Below are positions 41,020 through 53,460 of a DNA stretch of 64,000 bases, one piece after another. The notes beneath the pieces are model-generated. The model saw nothing but the letters and a program-made list of their open reading frames with translations. It was not told the origin of the DNA and searched no databases. The position numbers and the translations under genes were made by a program. How positions within the stretch are numbered: position 1 is the first letter of the stretch; every line of letters starts with the position of its first letter. Where the stretch lies: assembly GCF_006345805.1 (NCBI RefSeq), contig NC_042997.1, positions 128,836,001-128,900,000 on the forward strand, given 5' to 3'. The DNA is from Octopus sinensis (taxonomy: Eukaryota).

Positions 41020-41390
41020 CTTCAGTCTTCTCTAGCACTGCATATCACCAATCAATATAGCTCTTGGTCATCTTATTCATGAGATGAATAACTTGAGATC
41101 AATTTTCACAAACCTTCAGTCTTCCTCATCCAGGGGAACCATTCATTTTGAGTGTTTAGCGCTTCTGTACACATTGCATACCTGTACTATCACTGCCTTG
41201 CACATTATACCTGGTTTCTCTTATAGACAGTTTTCCTCTCAGTTCATTTGTACTCTGTCATTTATGTTCACTAACATAACATATCCTGAGGAGCACTCTT
41301 GCTCCATTTGTCACTCATCTTTACAAACAAAACCTTTGTGATCAAGGCCCATGTCTCACTACCATACAGCATCACATGCTAGGGATGTGT
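41020..41390 (-). mobile_element. Decayed RTE LINE 3' fragment
   Basis: MLYGSETW and AVLEKT motifs in broken frames. Confidence 0.65.
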
Positions 41391-41406
41391 GTGTATGTGT
41401 ATGCGT

Positions 41407-41460
41407 GTATGTATGACAAGTGTAGTATGTATGACAAGTGTGGTATGTATGACAAGTGTG
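41407..41460. repeat. 18-bp x3 tandem repeat (GTATGTATGACAAGTGT(A/G))
   Basis: Three near-identical units ~80 bp upstream of the exon 5 acceptor. Confidence 0.95.
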
Positions 41461-41539
41461 CCTGAGGTTTTAAAGACTTAGTAGCTCAGTTTTTATGTTA
41501 TTTCAAAGAACAAATGAAAGCCATTTCCTTCACTTTCAG

Positions 41540-41648
41540 ACTGTCTATTGGAGTGATGTCACTGAACACGCCATTTATACTTCAAACCTTGATGGATCAA
41601 ACAGAAATATTTTCTTAAATGCCTCCCACGGTATAGCAATAGTCGATG
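41540..41648 (+). CDS. LRP-type receptor exon 5 (109 nt, phase 0-1)
   Basis: ctttcag|ACT, G|gttggt; TVYWSDVTEHAIYTSNLDGSNRNIFLNASHGIAIVD (YWSD repeat). Confidence 0.92.
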
Positions 41649-43076
41649 GTTGGTATATCTTTGATCTTAATTTTCTTTATCACCCAGAGTAAATAGTCAA
41701 GTCTAAATAAAAGAAATATCTATAATAAGAATAATCTTAATATTTATCTTGAAAACTATTCCTACAAAGCTCAAATTTATTTACAGTGATGATTACTTGT
41801 CTCCAGACATACTTCCTCTGTATTCTTTTCTCAGCCAAATCTATAATTGTTCTCGTCAGTTCATTAACAAATATTATTTGCTTAATACAGTCAGGTTCTG
41901 AATAATTATAGATATTTGAATCAAACCTGATTAATCTTGTATTATTAGTACACCATAACTCTATTAACATGAGTTGATTCAAACTCCCAGGTGTTCATAT
42001 ATCAGTCAACCTTTCCTCAGCTTAATGTTCACCCTGCCTGATAAAGAAAACATTTTTAAAGTCTAATGATTACTTGATTTTCTTTGAATGTAAAGGAAAT
42101 TTAAATTCAGCAGTGATGTGCAGAGGAACTTTTACCATTTTATCATACAGTCAATTATTGCAAAATCAATATGAATGTGTGGTGTGCAAACATCACGCCT
42201 CATGAGTGCATATCTCTTTAGAATGTTGTGTTCACAAGTGGGAAAATTATTGGTACTGTTTTCTCCAACCTCTATGGCAGAGTACCCTAAGTTAAGTGCT
42301 ATTGCCCCCTTTGGAGACATAATGATCTCATAAAGGAGATGGCAGATGTCAAGTAAGTGCTGGGAATACTGGGTGTTTGGAGGGGGGGGTTAAAAAGAAA
42401 CAAATGATAAAATATTTAAACTAGGTGCAACACTTACATCTGAACATTTTTTTTAAAAATCTCTGTTGAGACTAAAATGCAAAAAAGACTGTTATCAGTG
42501 AGAAAGTATTTTTTATCATAAGTTTGAATTAGCCAAGGTCTTGTATATGAAATTTGGCAGCTGAGAAGTATGCAGAAACCCCTTAGATGGGCTGTAATCT
42601 TTTCTTAGAAGTAATCTTGTTTAACACCACCATTTGATCCTTGGATGATTTCAGTGGTTTTCACTCTGTTGCAAGCCATTTGGACCAGGTAGCCAGTCTG
42701 AGGATAACATACTCTTTTTCTCCTGCTAGTGACAGAGACTCTGAAAAAGAGACATCAGTGTTGCCATTTAACCTCTGACTAAACCATAAGAAAGAAAATT
42801 TTTTTTTTGTTTTTGTTTTTTTTTTAGAATTAAGGAACAAAATAATAATAATGTCAGCATCAACAGAGATCAAACCAAATCTTTGCAGTAATCAATTCAA
42901 TAAAAGACTAGACCTGTTTTTCAAGATAACTCAAATAAATTCATAACTGAATTATTAAAAAACAATCTCATAAGAAAAGAATTCTATTCTATCTCTTTCT
43001 TAAGAAAAGCCATATTTTCTTATTTTCCTCACAATTACATTATTCCTTGTATTTACTGTTTATATATATGTACATG

Positions 43077-43133
<57 letters not shown>

Positions 43134-44382
43134 AATGTCAGAGTAACTTATTACTTTATTTCATTTTGCCATTTTATAAAGTCTCTTTATATAATATAAA
43201 AACTTATTGTTATTATATTTCCTCTTCTTTTTAAATATTGTTTATTTATCATTGTAACTTATCATTACACTGTTTCTCCTCACTACTCTACAAACTCTGA
43301 AACTATCATTTTGTATTTATATACCAGAGGCATCTGTTAGTCTCTCAAGACCATCGATCTGTTCCTGGAAAAACTTGCTTTAATTTTCTTGGCAGAGCAG
43401 CATCTGCTGTGACTATAGAGACTTACAGGTGAAGACAGTCTCAGCTGCAGTGACTGCATTTTAAGGCACTATCTGCCAGCCTTGTGTGTGTTTGCATAGC
43501 GAGGTCATTGCCAGTACCGCTGGACTGGCTCCTGTGCAGGTGGCACATAAAAAACACCATTTGAGCGTGGCTATTGCCAGTACTGCCTGACTGGCCCTCA
43601 TGCCGGTGGCATCTAAAAGCATCCACTACACTCTCAGAGTGGTTGGCATTAGGAAGGGCATCTAGCTGTAGAAGCTCTGCAAGATCAGATTGGATCCTGG
43701 TGCAGCCACCATCTGGTTCGCCAGTTTTCAGTCAAATCGTCCAACCCATGCTAGCATGGAAAGTGGACGTTAAATGATGATGATGATGATATATATATAT
43801 TCACACTCCCACACTAATAATTTATTACTTTATTTTTTATTATTTTATAAGCTATTTTTATATATAGAAACCTTAGTGAAAAAGCATGGCCTAGTCATTA
43901 GGACTGTTGAGCTCACATTCATAAAGTCATGAGCTTGATTTGTGGGACTAGGCAGTGCATTGCATCCTTCAGCAAAGCACATCATTTCACATTACTCCAG
44001 TCTGCTCATCAGAAAATGTGTACCGACAGACATATAACCCACTCTCCTTCCAGCTGGCCACATCCTGAATGTCCCACTGGGTCAAGGGCGATACAATGCA
44101 AATAGTGTCTATGTCTCTTCACAACAACATAGGCACCTAAAACAATTAGCAAAAGTATGATACTATCTACCAAGTCATACTCACTTGTGAGTAATGGCTA
44201 AGTTCAAACAACTTCATGCTACTCTATATGTTCTGTTTATGTATTATAGTAACCTCAATCTACTTTATATACTGTGTTTATATACCATAAACATACATCA
44301 CTATTCTATTTCTTGATACTTCATCACCCTATAACAAGGGTTGACAATATGGTAGCTAAAGAATTACTTTCATTTCTCACAG

Positions 44383-44569
44383 GTTTAGCAATTGATTGGT
44401 TACAGAGACGTCTGTACTTCACTAACCTTGGTCTAGACTTCCATGGAGTTGATGGGTCAACCTGTTCCTCTCATACCATTGAGATGATTAGTTTGGATGG
44501 TAGAATACGACAAACCATTATTACTGACTTACAGAAGCCTCGTGGCATCACTATTGATAACCAGAATGG
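44383..44569 (+). CDS. LRP-type receptor exon 6 (187 nt, phase 1-2)
   Basis: ctcacag|GT, GG|gtgagt; GLAIDWLQRRLYFTNLG...IEMISLDGRIRQTIITDLQKPRGITIDNQNG. Confidence 0.94.
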
Positions 44570-45560
44570 GTGAGTTGTTTGTTTTTGTTTTGTTTTTTTT
44601 TTGTAGTGATTACTTAAAGAAAGGATCATGTGTTTGTGCTCCTGGCACTGTATTTGTATGTGTGTTATTAAGCACCAGGTCAACCGTAGTCAAGTTGACT
44701 TATGATAGCAGTCTTGATCATCCTTTTTTTTTTAAATATATGTAAGACTACATTATTTAATGTGTTCTTTCCTTATTGAACATGATAGAATGTGATTTGA
44801 GGAAGATTTGGCTGCAATTTCTAGCATGTCAGACGATTACATATGGATTCTTTCAGTGACTCAACAGAGGCTCCTTTGTTGTTTTATGGTATGTGAGTAT
44901 GTCTGTGTGAACATTTTAATGTATCTACATGTGTCTATATGTGTGAGCATATATGTGTGTGGAGGGTCTTTCAATTCTTGATGGATTTGTAGAAATACTG
45001 CTATGAAACACAACATGTCTTAAGCATTTATAGACCTGACATAGCTCATTCCTCTCCAGATCAGATCTCAGCTAATTTTTTTCCAGAAAGACAGACAAAC
45101 AAACAGAAGGAAAGAGAAACAGAAAGAAGAGAATCAACTGCAGTACATGACTAGTACTTTATTTATTGATACCAAAAATATAAAAGGCAAAGTTGACTGT
45201 GTAATATTTGAACTCAGATCACAAAGAGCTAGAAGGAATGTCACAAGATAATCTCTCTGATGCCCTAATGATTTGCCCATGTGGTTACCTTACATGTATG
45301 CATATGGAGGTGGTGCAAGTAAAAAGACAATTGGTACACTGTATGGTTTTCAAAATTGAAGTGTTTTCAGACACTAAAAAAGGAGAATAATTTTTCTTGG
45401 TACTGTCCCCACTCCAACAATATGTGGTTTCTGTGAATGACTATCAGAGTTTATAAAAGTTGTCTGTTTGTAGTAAGATGGTTAAACTATTTGATACATC
45501 CATTATATTTTTGTCTGATGTAGTTGTGAAGTTCAGCGTCTAACTCTGCCTATGTTTATA

Positions 45561-46624
45561 TACCAGGTTGAGTCAAAAGTTTTTTCAAGTTTTAATTAAT
45601 AGTTCAAACAAAATACATACGCAAAGTGTTTATTCATTAAAATATATCCTATCATATTCTGTTGTCTGTTGCTTTTGTTGTGCCAGGTGCTCAATTCCAT
45701 GCTTACATCGTTTGGCTGGTTTAGAGGTAGAGAACTCCCTACACACGTTTTCAACCTCATCCACATTGTTGAACCCCTACCCATGCAGGAAATGAGCCAT
45801 GACTCAGAAAAGGTGGTAATTTGATGGTGCAAGGTGTTTAGATTTTAGGCAAGGTGAGACAGCACTTCCAACCCCTCAAGTTCCTCAAGTCTATGCTGAG
45901 TTCCTCAAGTTTATGAACACATTGGTAGTGTGTGCTGGGACATTGTCATGCTCTAGAAGTGTGTGTATTTGATTGAACAATACTGGGAAGCAGGCTTTCA
46001 AAGCTTCAGGTATTCACTGCAGTTGTAAAGCATAAAAGTTAGTGTTCACAGTATGACCTTCCATTCAAACCACACTTGTTTGATGAGTTCTGAAACCTGA
46101 CCAAAATGAAGCCTGTAATTTCTCTTATTAGGAATATAGATGCATTTCCATCCCCAGTTACAATTTAACACCAAAATTGGGCATCTCAATGATTTTCCAA
46201 CAGTTGTTTACAAACATTCACATGTCATTGAGCCTGATCATTGGTCAATTCAGAAGTTTCTTAACTATCTGTTCACAAGGCAAAGCTAATGGAGATATCA
46301 ACTGATAGTTCTGCCAACAATATATGAATGCTTGTGCTTGGCTGTTGCTTAGCTATTTCAAGCAAGGCCTCATCATCCACAACTGAAGATCTCCCTGACC
46401 TCAGATTGTCATTGAGGTTGATGACACCTTCTTTGAAATGTGTGAACCAGTTTTGTGCCACACATTTATAGACAGTTCCTGAGCTTTCCACATCATTAAT
46501 TTCTTTTGCTGTCACTCACTCAGAACTTTTCCCTGCATGTAGCATAAAATGGCTCTGATTGAAATTTTTAGATTACTCATTACCAAACCTGTAAAATAAA
46601 AAATAATTTTGATTCAACCCAATA
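45561..46624 (-). mobile_element. Decayed mariner (D,D34D-type) element, ~1.06 kb
   Basis: TA + imperfect TIRs (CCAGGTTGAGTCAAAAG / TTGGGTTGAATCAAAAT); HTH-like AQNWFTHFKEG...DNLRSGRSSVVDDEAL (ORF 46273..46515); HDN and LAPSNYHLF...GIEHL motifs. Confidence 0.85.
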
Positions 46625-47658
46625 TGTTTGCTTGCACTTCTATGTGTAGCCTTTATTTCTAACAACATGATTCTATTTCTGTGTTTGTGTATGTGTATAT
46701 GCTTATATTTGTGTGTGTGTGCCTATATGTATATTCATGTGTATGTGTGTGTTTATGAATACTTATATATATATTTGTGTCTATGCTTGTGAGTGTTTAT
46801 TTGTGTATATGTCAATGTGTGTGGCATATACACAAATATATCTGTATTTGTATGTTTGTTTGTTTGAGTATATATACATATGTACACAAGTGCATGCATG
46901 TATTGGGTTAAATCCGACTGTGTGTATCTATATCTGTTTGTAACTACACTGTAAGGGTTTATTTTAATTCATTTCAAAATTGTTGATGACCACATTCTAA
47001 AATTCTTTGAAGAAATAGTTATTTTAGAATATTTGATTAAATCACAGATTTCCAACTTAATGTATTCTACTACCATATAATAACAACAACAGCAACAACA
47101 ATAACATGATAGGAATAATAATAATATTAATTCTCTCATTTATTGGTCACAAGAGTCTCATTCATACAATAATGTGTTACAGGAGGTTTTACAGGAAGTG
47201 TCAGAATATGCAAATACTGTTATATAAAAACGAAGTGGCTTGCAGAAAGTGTGTTATACAAAATATAAAGACCTTAAAATTTTGAAGCAAATAAATATAT
47301 ACAATAGATAAATATATATATATGTGTGTGTGTACAATTGTAAATAGCTAAATACAAATAAAATTCAAATAAAATCAAATAAGGAAAATCAATACATGTT
47401 TAAGAAAACACCTCTTAGATTGGATGACAGCACCTAACTTCCTCTCCTGATTCTTACATTTGAAGCTTAATTTCTCATCCTCTTTTCACATATCATCTAC
47501 TTGGTCCTCCACCAGGTCATTCAGAATTCATCCATGATTTAAGCACCTTGGAATCCCTTGTAAACCTGAGCAAAGCTTTCTGCTTGGATCCATTCCCCTA
47601 GTGTGCTTTTTTTTTTGTTATATATTTTGCCCATTCATTCATACAATAAAATCATACA

Positions 47659-48548
47659 TATGAGGAGGTACCAAAAAAACCCAGAATTTTACATTATTTT
47701 ATTAACTTAGTTTTACATGTTTACACTTTTATCACCTTCAAAATTTTCTCCATTTGAAGCACTGTATCAGTCCAGATGCATTTTCCAGTGTTCAAAGCAG
47801 TCCTGGAACTTTTGTGAAGTGTTGCCCTTTAACACCTCCATCATTTTTTCCCCACCTCTTCCACATCTGAAAATTCCATAGCAGCAGCTTTCATCACCAG
47901 TGATGACTTTTGGAAAAAGATCAACTTCCAACCGTTCTTTCATTTCACAACATGCATTCATTTGTGACTGCTTTTAATCTTCTATGAGCAAGTGAGGCAC
48001 AAATTTTGCTACAACTCTTTTAATTCGCAATTCCTCACTCAAAACTTCTTGGCATGAACTTTAGGATACACCAATCATATCAACTAGTTTGTCAATTGTT
48101 CAGCGACTCCAAGATCAGTTCATAAATTTTCACGATGTTTTCATTCACTTGGGAAGTCAGTGGTTGACCTGAATGTGGTTGGTCTTCAAGCAACAAGTGA
48201 TCATTCCTAAAACGTGAAAACAATTCATAAACTTGTGATTTGCTCGTGGTAGCATCCTTGTAAGCTGTTTGAAGCATGACAACTGTTTTGGCCGCTGTTT
48301 TCCCCAGCAGAAAACAGAATTCCATGGAAGCATGTTGTTTCTTCATTTCAGCCGTCATAAAAATCAACAAACAGGGGAGAAGACTGCAAAACAAAGACAC
48401 ACTATGTAGCAGTATGACTTCACTCGATGATGCTGGTCAGCAGACTGATGCCTGAGGGTTGTATCAAGTGGCTTCTAGCAACAGAAGCCTAAACTGCAAG
48501 TTTGTCCCACAGAGAATGTTTCTAGTTACTTTTGGCTACCCCCTCGTA
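47659..48548 (-). mobile_element. Internally deleted mariner element, ~890 bp, different subfamily
   Basis: TA + TIRs T(C/T)GAGG(G/A)GGTA..CAAAA; MEFCFLLGKTAAKTVVMLQTAY...LEDQPHSGQPLTS (ORF 48092..48400), VITGDES, FQDCFEHWK...NGENFEGDK. Confidence 0.88.
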
Positions 48549-48625
48549 GGTGTTAAAAATGTGAGGATGAACATTATAAATGTTCTATATAAAATCAAGG
48601 GGAGGAACAATGACATTATGCAACA

Positions 48626-49020
48626 CTCTTACTCTTTTACTTGTTTCAGTCATTTGACTGTGACCATGCTGAAGCACCGCCTTTTAGTTGAGCAAATCAA
48701 CCTCAGGACTTATTCTTTGTAAGCCTAGTACTTATTCTATCGGTCTCTTTCGCTGAACCGCTAAGCTACAGGGACGTAAACAAACCAGCATCAGTTGTCA
48801 AGCGATGTTGGGGGGGACAAACACACACACATATATATATATATATACATATATACAACGGGCTTCTTTCAGTTTCCGTCTATCAAATCCACTCACCATG
48901 CTTTGGTCAACTCGAGGCTATAGTAGAAGACACTTGCCCAAGGTGCCACACAGTGGGACTGAACCCAGAACCATGTGGCTGATAAGCAAGCTACTTACCA
49001 CACAGCCACTCCTACACCTA
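48626..49020 (-). mobile_element. SINE family A, full-length
   Basis: Reverse complement of the 22948 copy; tail CTCTTACTCTTTTACTTGTTTCAG. Confidence 0.85.
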
Positions 49021-49560
49021 ACATGTTATTTTTATTTTTAAATTGCACAAAATATCTATGTACCTTTTTCTTTTTTTGGTGTCTTTCTTTTCTTCCCATA
49101 TTATTAACTCTTTTTGCCTGTATGCCATTCCTGTTCACTGCTCATCTGATTCCCCTTCCTCATTATCACAAGAAAATGGAGTGATACTACTGGCATGAAG
49201 GTTCTCAGTTTCCTGGTTGTTAACTCCTGGATTTGAGAATGAGGAGAGTTTTTCGGCCATCCTCAGAGCTTCTAGCATTTGGTTTGCTTTCTTGCACTAT
49301 GTTCAAATTTAAAAATTAGGATGTAATCCTATATGCCCTAACCTGAGTAGCAGAGGAGCTATCATTTCGCACATCAACCAGGGCTACAGTCATTTGTTCC
49401 TTTGAAGATGTCCTGATAAAAAACTCTGGCAGGGATGTGCTATTTCTGGTCAAATAACTGTGTGAAGTAGATATTTTCTCAGCCAGATAGGTCATGTTTG
49501 GTACCTCTGTTTCTGGCAGCATCAGCAAAAAAAATCTAATACCTTTTTCACTGTTTTCTT

Positions 49561-49953
49561 TAGGCACAGGAGTGGCTGTGTAGTATGTACCTTGCTTACT
49601 AACCACATGGTTCCGGGTTCAGTCCCACTGCATGGCACCTTGAGCAAGTGTCTTCTACTATAGCCTCAGGCCGACCAAAGCCTTGTGAGTGGATTTGGTA
49701 TATGGAAACTGAAAGAAGCTCGTCATATATATGTATGTGTGTGTGTTTGTGTATCTGTTTTTGTCCCCCAACATCGCTTGACAACCAATGCTGGTGTGTT
49801 TACATCCCCGTAACTTAGTGATTCGGCAAAAGAGACTGATAGAATAAGTATTAGGCTTACAAAGAATAGGTTGTGGGGTCGATTTGCTCAACTAAAGGCG
49901 GTGCTCCAGCATGGCCAGTCAAATGACTGAAACAAGTAAATGTGTAAAAGAAT
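49561..49953 (+). mobile_element. SINE family A, full-length
   Basis: GGCACAGGAGTGGCTGTGT...GGTTCAGTCCCACTG...GAAACAAGTAAA. Confidence 0.85.
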
Positions 49954-50540
49954 ATATGACAAATTGTGTGTGTGTGCATGCACATGTGCTGTTATTGTTG
50001 TTATTACTTGCATAGTTGCATTTTTGGATATTAGATTGTGATTGGCTGTGCTTACAGTGTATGTGTGTTTGTGTGCACTGTTGTTATTGTTGTGAAAATT
50101 TGCATTTTTAAGTATTAAATTTTTATTGGCTATACTTGTACGCAGTGTTTGTGTGTGTATTGTTATTTTTGTGCAAATTTGCATTTTGGGTTTTAAGTTC
50201 TGATTGGCTATGCTTGTGGGTGTATATGTTGATTTAATTGTCATTTTTCCTTTCTTTTTTATTTTGTTTTGAGGGAACATATCTAATACTCTCATTTTTA
50301 TTATTCTTATTCATGTAGAGAAGCCATATTGAGACATATAACAAACGAGAAATTTTGGTAAAATAAAATGTCTAAAAGACAGACCTTCTGCCTACCCTAT
50401 ATATTAGCTTAGGATAGCTGTTTTGACATTCCAAGTACCTTATTTATACAATAATTCAAAAAGGAAAAATTTCAATCCAGAAAAAATTTAGTTATAATCT
50501 TATTTTATCTGAGAGTCTTTGCAGCACACAGTAAACAAAA

Positions 50541-53460
50541 TAATAATAATTTTTCAAATTTTGGCACAAGGCTAACAATTTTAGAGGCAGGCAATAAGTC
50601 AATTAGATCAGCTCCACTATTCAACTGGTACTTATTTTATTGACCCAGAAGGATAAAAGGCAAAGTTGACCTTGGTAGAATTTGAACTCAGAATGTAAAG
50701 AGCCAGAAGAAATGTCATTAAGCACTTAGTCGAACATGCTGACAGTTCTCATCATATTCATGATAATGATGATGGTTTAGCATTTTGAGGAAAAGAACTA
50801 GTTGATACCATTGAACCTAGTACTTGACTGGTACTTTATTTTAACAAACTCAGAGGGCTACTCTCTCTTTACTCTTTTACTTGTTTCAGTCATGTGACTG
50901 TGGCCATACTGGAGCACCACCTTTAGTCGAGCAAATCACCCCCAGGACTTATTCTTTGTAAGCCTAGTACTTATTCTATCAGTCTCTTTTTGCTGAACCA
51001 CTAAGTTACGGGGACGTAAACACACCAGCATCGGTTGTCAAGTGATGATGGGGGGGGGGCAAACACAGACACACAAACATATACACACATACATACAAAT
51101 ATATATACATATATACGACAGGCTTCTTTCAATTTTTGTTTACCAAATCCACTCACAAGGCTTTGGTCAGCCTGAGGCTATAGTAGAAGACACTTGCCCA
51201 AGGTGCCACACAGTGGGACTGAACCTGGAACCATGTGGTTCGTAAGCAAGCTACTTACCACACAGCCACTCCTACACCTAGTTTAACTACAGTGGATATT
51301 CAGTTCAGAACAGAAAGAGCTAGAAGAAATGCTGCAAAGCATATTTTCTAAGGTACTAATGATTCTGACTACTTGGTAATAATTACTATTTCTTTTATTG
51401 GCCATAGGGGTCCAAGACATTGAGAACATTAATAATAATTATCCTTTCTGCTATAGGCACAAGGCCTGAAATTTGGGGGAAGGTATTAAGATGATTACAT
51501 CTACCCCAGTGTGTAACTGGTACTTATTTAATCGACCCTGAAAGGATGAAAGGCAAAATTAGCTTTAGCAGAATTTGAACTCAGAACATGATGACAGATG
51601 AAATATTTCCAAGCCCATTATGCTAATGATTCTAATAGGTTACCGCCTTAATAATAATAATCATAATAATAACAGTGATGATGATGATAATGATAATGCT
51701 TTCAAATTTTGCCACAAGGGCAGCCAGTTTTTGGGGAGGGGATGAGTCAATTACATCGATCTCAGTGTTTCACTGGTACTTGCTTTAAAAACCCCAAAAG
51801 GATGAAAGGCAAAGTCAACCACAGCAGAATTTGAACTCAGAGTGTAAAGACAGACACAATGCCACTATGCATTTTGTCTGGTGTGCTAATGATTCTGCCA
51901 GCTTGCCACATTAATAATAATAATTAAAAAAAATGCCTTGATGCAGTACCAAGCAGTAGCTCTTGTGGCTTCTGATCTTAACTGATTGGAAGTGTTATCA
52001 TGTACACTGTTTTGTCTTGGTATAAAAAATGGACTACAGCAAATATTCAAACACAACTGAAAACAATACCTCCACCTTCGCTAAGGCAGAGGTAATAAGG
52101 GTAATAATAATAATAATGGTAATTGCTACTGAGGCAAGTGATGAGGAAGACATTACAAGGATAATTTACAATCTGTATGGGGGTTTACATAAAAAAAAAG
52201 TTATGAAAGGTAAAAAGGAGAATTGAGGCAAATACACGACAAAAACTTACACAGTATATGAAATATGTGAACACATAGATCAGAGTTGATTTATGGCTAG
52301 AAAGCACCACATCACACACACATTTCCAGCGTTTCTACATGTTTCTTTGTGTAATTGTGTGTTTAAATGTGTGCTTAAACGTGTGTGTTTGCAAATGTAC
52401 TTGTATGATTGTATGTGTGTGTGTGTGTATGTGTGTGTGTTTGTATATGTGTAGGTGTGTCTGTATAGTGAAGTGTTAATGAAGACTTGTTTTCTCTATT
52501 CTGCTATTTCGCAAAGAAATTCTCAAACTAAATAGAATTAATTAATTTAATAATAAATTAATTAATTTAAATAAACACAGAAATTAACAATATAAGTAAT
52601 AAAACAAACTGATCATGTAATAAAGAACTGACCATTTAAAGAACTGGACAGATGTGACAGAGGTTAGTGAACAGGTCACAAGAGTGTGATAAATGACCCT
52701 CATACCAAATAATTAAATAATTAAAGAGTAAAAGAAATAAACAGTGATGATGATAATGATGATGATGACAATTATCATCATCATCATCATCATCACCATC
52801 ACTATCACCATCATCACCATCATTATTATTATGAAGTCAGTGAGCAGGTAGAAGCATTAAAGCATGAGAGGAAATGCTTTGCCATATTTCTTCCAGTTCT
52901 TTACATTCCATCAGATTCAAATTCTGCCAAAGTTAACTTTGCATTTCATCCTTTCAGGATCGACAAAACTAAAGTAGCATGCAAGTGCTGGGGGGAGTGG
53001 GTCAGTGGTATTTACTAACCCCCCCTTCCTTGAAAACTACTGGCAGAATTGTTGACACACCAGACAAAATGCTGAGTGGGGTTTCATTTGTCTTTACTTT
53101 CTGAGTTCAAATGTCACTGAGGTCAACTTTGCCTTTCATTATTTCAGAGTCAATAAAATCAATACCAGTTGAGCAATGGGATCAATATAATCAACTAGCC
53201 CCCACCACACACACACACACACACAATTTCAGGCCTCATGCGTATAGTAGAAAGGATTAGAGAATGAGGGATTAGTAGAATCATTAAAATGTTATTCAAA
53301 ATGCTTTGCAATATTTATTCTGTCTACATTATGGATTCAAATCCTGCTGAGATCAGCCTTGCCTTTCATTCCTCTGGTGTTGATAGGAAAGAATAGTCTA
53401 GTACTGTGGTTGATGTGATTAACTACCCCACCCCAACTCTTCTTATAATTGCTGGCCACA
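50541..53460. mobile_element. Cluster of family C SINEs: minus at about 50541-50750, 51431-51650, 51695-51912; plus at about 52834-53030, 53041-53260, 53270-53460
   Basis: Repeated AGGCAAAGT(T/C)GAC / GTCAACTTTGCCTTTCAT and GAATTTGAACTCAGA motifs. Other copies at about 5565, 21490, 30580, 32540, 45130 and 57680. Confidence 0.8.
50861..51280 (-). mobile_element. SINE family A, full-length
   Basis: Same family, reverse orientation. Confidence 0.85.

Noticed and set aside
42200-42320. MAEYPKLSAIA resembling a hAT dimerisation domain
   Set aside because: Too short; no TIR or TSD and no further motifs recognisable.
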